From: an uncultured Eubacteriales bacterium
GTDB lineage: Bacteria; Actinomycetota; Coriobacteriia; Anaerosomatales; PHET01
Direction of reading: 5' to 3'
Length of the DNA stretch: 64,000 nt
Assembly (NCBI GenBank): GCA_964403885.1
Contig: CAYOHY010000007.1
Coordinates: 5,635 to 69,634, forward strand
Under the pieces are notes generated by a model. The model was not told the DNA's origin. It made no database searches and saw nothing but the letters and a program-made list of their open reading frames with translations. Positions 60,975-64,000 of this stretch are shown piece after piece; within the stretch, counting starts at the first letter, position 1; every line of letters begins with the position of its first letter. The translations under genes and the position numbers were made by a program.

Positions 60975-61421
60975 ATGGAAGAGAACGGTACCCACATCCC
61001 CGTCACCTTCGAGCACTGCGACCACGTCGAGGGCCCCTTCTATCATGGAACCAAGGCCGACCTGACCACAGGCGACCTGCTCATCCCGGGCCACGGCTCC
61101 AACTTCGAGGCGGGCCGTGTCTCGAACAACATCTACTTCTCGGCGACCTTGGATGCCGCCATCTGGGGAGCGGAGCTCGCCAAGGGCGAAGGTGCCGGCC
61201 GAATCTATGTGATCGAACCCACCGGTCCGTTCGAGGACGACCCCAACCTGACCAACAAGCGCTTTCCGGGCAACCCCACCCGGTCCTATCGGACCAAAGA
61301 CCCCCTGCGCATCGTGGGAGAGGTCGAGCACTGGGAAGGTCATCCCCCGGAGGTCCTCCAGGCGATGCTCGATCATCTGGAGCAGCTGCGCCTGCAAGGC
61401 CTCGCGACCATCGAGGACTGA
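60975..61421 (+). CDS. arr: NAD+--rifampin ADP-ribosyltransferase
   Basis: GPFYHGTKADL...IYFSATLDAAIWGAELA...YVIEPTGPFEDDPNLTNKRFPGNPTRSYRTKDPLRIVGEVEHWEGH closely follows the Arr-ms/Arr-2 sequences as recalled. Start set at ATG 60975 (GGGAGG 7 nt upstream) rather than 60945. Confidence 0.85.
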   Translation: MEENGTHIPVTFEHCDHVEGPFYHGTKADLTTGDLLIPGHGSNFEAGRVSNNIYFSATLDAAIWGAELAKGEGAGRIYVIEPTGPFEDDPNLTNKRFPGNPTRSYRTKDPLRIVGEVEHWEGHPPEVLQAMLDHLEQLRLQGLATIED

Positions 61422-61447
61422 TCGCCCGGAGCTCCCTCGTGTCCGCC

Positions 61448-61720
61448 TCAGGCCCCGCCGAATCTGCGCGCGGCGCGCTCGCGGGCCTTCGCGATCTCAG
61501 CCGCGCGGTCTCTAGGGGGTGCGGCGGTCACGAGCGACTCGATGAGCCGCGCCGAGGCCTCGGCGACCTCTGCGACCGCCCGGTCGAAGGCTGCCTCGTT
61601 CGCCGCCGAGGGCTTCGCGTAGCCGCTGATCTTGCGGACGTACTGCAGTGCCGCGGCCCGGATCTCCTCCTCGGTGGCGGCCGGCTCGAAGTTGAACAAC
61701 ACGTGGATGTTTCTGCACAT
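61448..61720 (-). CDS. DUF2277-domain protein
   Basis: MCRNIHVLFNFEPAATEEEIRAAALQYVRKISG is the DUF2277 signature. 90 aa from ATG 61720. Confidence 0.75.
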   Translation of the reverse strand: MCRNIHVLFNFEPAATEEEIRAAALQYVRKISGYAKPSAANEAAFDRAVAEVAEASARLIESLVTAAPPRDRAAEIAKARERAARRFGGA

Positions 61721-61825
61721 GCGACCGCCTACCTTCGCGTGGCGTGCCACCGGTCCCCCGACCGGCCCTTGAGGGCACTATACAATGTGGTCCTGACATC
61801 GATTCCTGTCCCTGAGTGAGGCCCC

Positions 61826-62539
61826 ATGTCGCTGAACCTGGACTCGGTCATGCGTGAGCTCGAGGCACTGGGCACCGCGCACACGAGGAAGAACTACCTG
61901 GCCAGAGGCGTCAGGGAGCCGCTGTTCGGCGTGCCGACCGGCGCCATGAAGCCGCTCAAGAAGCAGATCGGCCTGAACCAGGCGATGGCCGAGGAGCTGT
62001 GGAGCACCGGCAACTACGACGCGAGGTATCTCGCAGGCATGGTCGCCGACCCACAGGTGATGACCGAGGCCGACTTCGACCGCTGGATGGACGACGCGGA
62101 CTACGAGATGCTTTCGGACTTCGTGGTCGCCGTGACCCTGGCCGAGTCCGACCTGGCCCAAGCCGTTGCAACCCGATGGATCCGCGGCGACGACGAGAAC
62201 CGGGCCGCCGCCGGCTGGGCGTGCTACGAATGGCTGTTGGGATGGCGGCCCGACACCTACTTCGACGCTGGCGACATCAAAGCGCTGCTGCACCTCGCCG
62301 CCGAGACGATCCACGATGCCCCGCCGCGCCTCAAGCGCGTCATGAACCGCTTCATCGTGGCCGTGGGCGTGTCGTATCTGCCGCTTCACGACGACGCACT
62401 GCAGACCGCCGAGCAGATCGGGGTGGTCGAGGTCGCCACCCCCGACGGTGTCACCCGTCTCAAGAGCGCTGCGGACCAGATCCGCGCAGCCGCCGACAAG
62501 GGCCGCGTGGGCTTCAAGCGCCGCGCCGTTCGCTGCTGA
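61826..62539 (+). CDS. DNA alkylation repair enzyme family (AlkD-like HEAT-repeat) protein
   Basis: Size and pattern (LEALGTAHTRKNYLARGVREPLFGVPTGAMKPLKKQI...ELWSTGNYDARYLAG) match the PF08713-type family as recalled. Confidence 0.7.
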   Translation: MSLNLDSVMRELEALGTAHTRKNYLARGVREPLFGVPTGAMKPLKKQIGLNQAMAEELWSTGNYDARYLAGMVADPQVMTEADFDRWMDDADYEMLSDFVVAVTLAESDLAQAVATRWIRGDDENRAAAGWACYEWLLGWRPDTYFDAGDIKALLHLAAETIHDAPPRLKRVMNRFIVAVGVSYLPLHDDALQTAEQIGVVEVATPDGVTRLKSAADQIRAAADKGRVGFKRRAVRC

Positions 62540-62567
62540 CCCAGCTCACACCCTTGGCTGACCCGCG

Positions 62568-63008
62568 CTAGCGGCGCACCAATCGGGCGATCCACGCGAC
62601 AAACAGTACCGCCAGCGCAACCCAGATCACGACGATGACGGCAGCCGCACCGCGGCTCACGGGCTTTCCGTCGGCGAACGCATCTCGCGCTGCCGCTCGG
62701 CACTCCGTCATGACCGAGGCCGGAGTCAGCTTGACCGCGAGCGCGATGCCCGCGGGCAGCAAGATCAGGTCGTCAAGGTATCCGAGGAACGGGATGAAGT
62801 CAGGGATGAGGTCGATCGGGCTGAACGCGTATGCCACCACGGCCACCAAGATGACCTTGGCGTACCACGGCGTGGCGGGATGCTTCGCGGCGAGATAGAG
62901 CGCGAAGGTCTCGTGTTTGAGCGCCCGCGCACGTCGCTTGAGCTCCTCAAGCACCGGCGGTCGCCCCTCGCGGTCGTGATCCCGTGCTTCCGTCTTCGCG
63001 AAGCACAC
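62568..63008 (-). CDS. DUF1232 (YkvA-like) membrane protein
   Basis: YAFSPIDLIPDFIPFLGYLDDLILLP signature. Confidence 0.8.
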   Translation of the reverse strand: MCFAKTEARDHDREGRPPVLEELKRRARALKHETFALYLAAKHPATPWYAKVILVAVVAYAFSPIDLIPDFIPFLGYLDDLILLPAGIALAVKLTPASVMTECRAAARDAFADGKPVSRGAAAVIVVIWVALAVLFVAWIARLVRR

Positions 63009-63010
63009 CC

Positions 63011-63811
63011 TCAGCCGCCCAAGCGCAGTGAACCGTCATCCACGACCCGCATACGTCGGTGAGGCGGCAGCACGAGCGTCGTGTACTGGGCCGGGGCGTA
63101 TCCCGAAGGGCGGAGCGGCGAGAACAGCCGTCGCAAGACATCGATCCCGCTGCGCCTGCCGCTTCTGAGGCTCGCGAGCCACACGACGCCCGCCGGGCCC
63201 GCGAGATGCCCCGCCGAGCCGGACTTCACGCGCTCGCTCGCACACGCGGCGACCACGTCGTCCAGGCCGGCGACCACCGCCGCACCCGCGACGCGCGCCC
63301 ACTGCCTGTCTGAGAGTGAGGCGTCGTGCAAGGCATCGACGAGTGCGTGCCGATGCCCGTCGACAGACCGCCGGTCGAGCTGCAGTCTCCCCCCGCGTCG
63401 AAGACGGCGTGCTTCGGCGTCGACGAGCACGCGCCACGTCCTGAGCCGCGTCCAGTACTCCAGGGGGTGTGCGCGACGGAAGTCCGAGATCGTGGAGATG
63501 TCGGTCCTCGGCGAGTCTGCGATGTCGTCGAACAGCATTGCGAGAAGGTGCCGGTCGAAGCTGGACAGGCCTTCCACGTGACCGCGCTCCACGTAGGGAC
63601 CGGTGCTGCGGGCGCGCTTGGGAGTCGCGACGCCGGCCACGAGCTCCAGCGACAACGAGCCGTCCTCACCGCCCACGCACAGCGCACCCACCTCGATCGC
63701 ACGCATGATCGTGGCGGTAGCTCCCCACCCGCCGACACCGCGCCAGCGTGCCACCGAGTCAAGAAGCGCCGGATGTGCGGCGGTCAGTGCTTGAAGCTCG
63801 TCCGATACCAC
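63011..63811 (-). CDS. Hypothetical protein (266 aa), no recognised domain
   Basis: The ORF has plausible composition. Its stop lies 2 nt before the DUF1232 start, suggesting co-transcription. Confidence 0.5.
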   Translation of the reverse strand: MVSDELQALTAAHPALLDSVARWRGVGGWGATATIMRAIEVGALCVGGEDGSLSLELVAGVATPKRARSTGPYVERGHVEGLSSFDRHLLAMLFDDIADSPRTDISTISDFRRAHPLEYWTRLRTWRVLVDAEARRLRRGGRLQLDRRSVDGHRHALVDALHDASLSDRQWARVAGAAVVAGLDDVVAACASERVKSGSAGHLAGPAGVVWLASLRSGRRSGIDVLRRLFSPLRPSGYAPAQYTTLVLPPHRRMRVVDDGSLRLGG

Positions 63812-63873
63812 GATCGCGCTCTCCCTCTCCTTTGTCTTGCGGCCCGCGAAGACGTAGTGCCCGTTGCCGCGAA

Positions 63874-64000
63874 TCAGCGGTAGGCGATCACGAACGTGCG
63901 CTTGAACGGAAACAACACCCGGCCGTCTTGCTGCGGCACGTAGGTCTCGCGAACCATCTCGTTCAGGCGTGCAAGGAACAACTGCGTCTCCGCGTCCGAC
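63874..64000 (-). CDS. C-terminal fragment of an unidentified protein (gene starts beyond window end)
   Basis: Own reverse translation: ...SDAETQLFLARLNEMVRETYVPQQDGRVLFPFKRTFVIAYR, with a stop at 63876..63874. Too short to assign. Confidence 0.3.
   Translation of the reverse strand, partial: SDAETQLFLARLNEMVRETYVPQQDGRVLFPFKRTFVIAYR

Overview
High-GC (by eye about two-thirds G+C), very gene-dense chromosomal window. About 60 of roughly 66 genes lie on the minus strand. No rRNA, CRISPR array, transposase or integrase was seen. The core is the housekeeping block uvrA-(lipoprotein)-uvrC-(giant membrane protein)-rapZ-yvcK-whiA-gap-pgk-tpiA-gpmI-secG, whose order is typical of Actinomycetota (an inference from synteny only). 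It is followed by an Opp/Dpp-type peptide ABC transporter and tRNA-Leu(GAG). The most interesting part is 8.3-19.1 kb, a metal/thiol-stress locus with two layers of control readable in the DNA. First, a complete sigma-54 module (rpoN, membrane histidine kinase, GAFTGA enhancer-binding protein) is followed by two tandem -24/-12 promoters, TGGCACACGTGTTGCA and TGGCACACTGCTCGCA, in front of a Zn-ribbon membrane protein, CopZ and a membrane cupredoxin. Second, three near-identical 29-bp promoter-operator modules (TTGCnn, 3-4 nt, ATACCCC-N2-3-GGGGTAT, with the -10 overlapping the operator end) sit in front of ccdA, trxA and an unusual tandem-duplicated CsoR-family repressor. That repressor is divergent from a CDF exporter, and a membrane-anchored chelatase-like gene lies divergent from trxA. 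No P-type ATPase is present. Other notable items are listed here. A translationally coupled operon (1-8231) joins a HAMP-GAF-PP2C sensor phosphatase and a single-chain STAS+RsbW-like kinase fusion to envelope and lipid enzymes, with no sigma factor. A second PAS-GAF-PP2C lies upstream of a degenerate radical-SAM / B12 radical-SAM / aminotransferase trio. A secreted Ala-rich lipoprotein is wedged between uvrA and uvrC. A 1124-aa polytopic protein lies between uvrC and rapZ. A small accessory patch (59-62 kb) carries divergent AAC(3)-I-like and Arr (rifampin ADP-ribosyltransferase) genes. All family assignments rest on motif reading and recalled family signatures; no database search was run. Many long ORFs in the track are antisense or out-of-frame artefacts of the high GC and were rejected.
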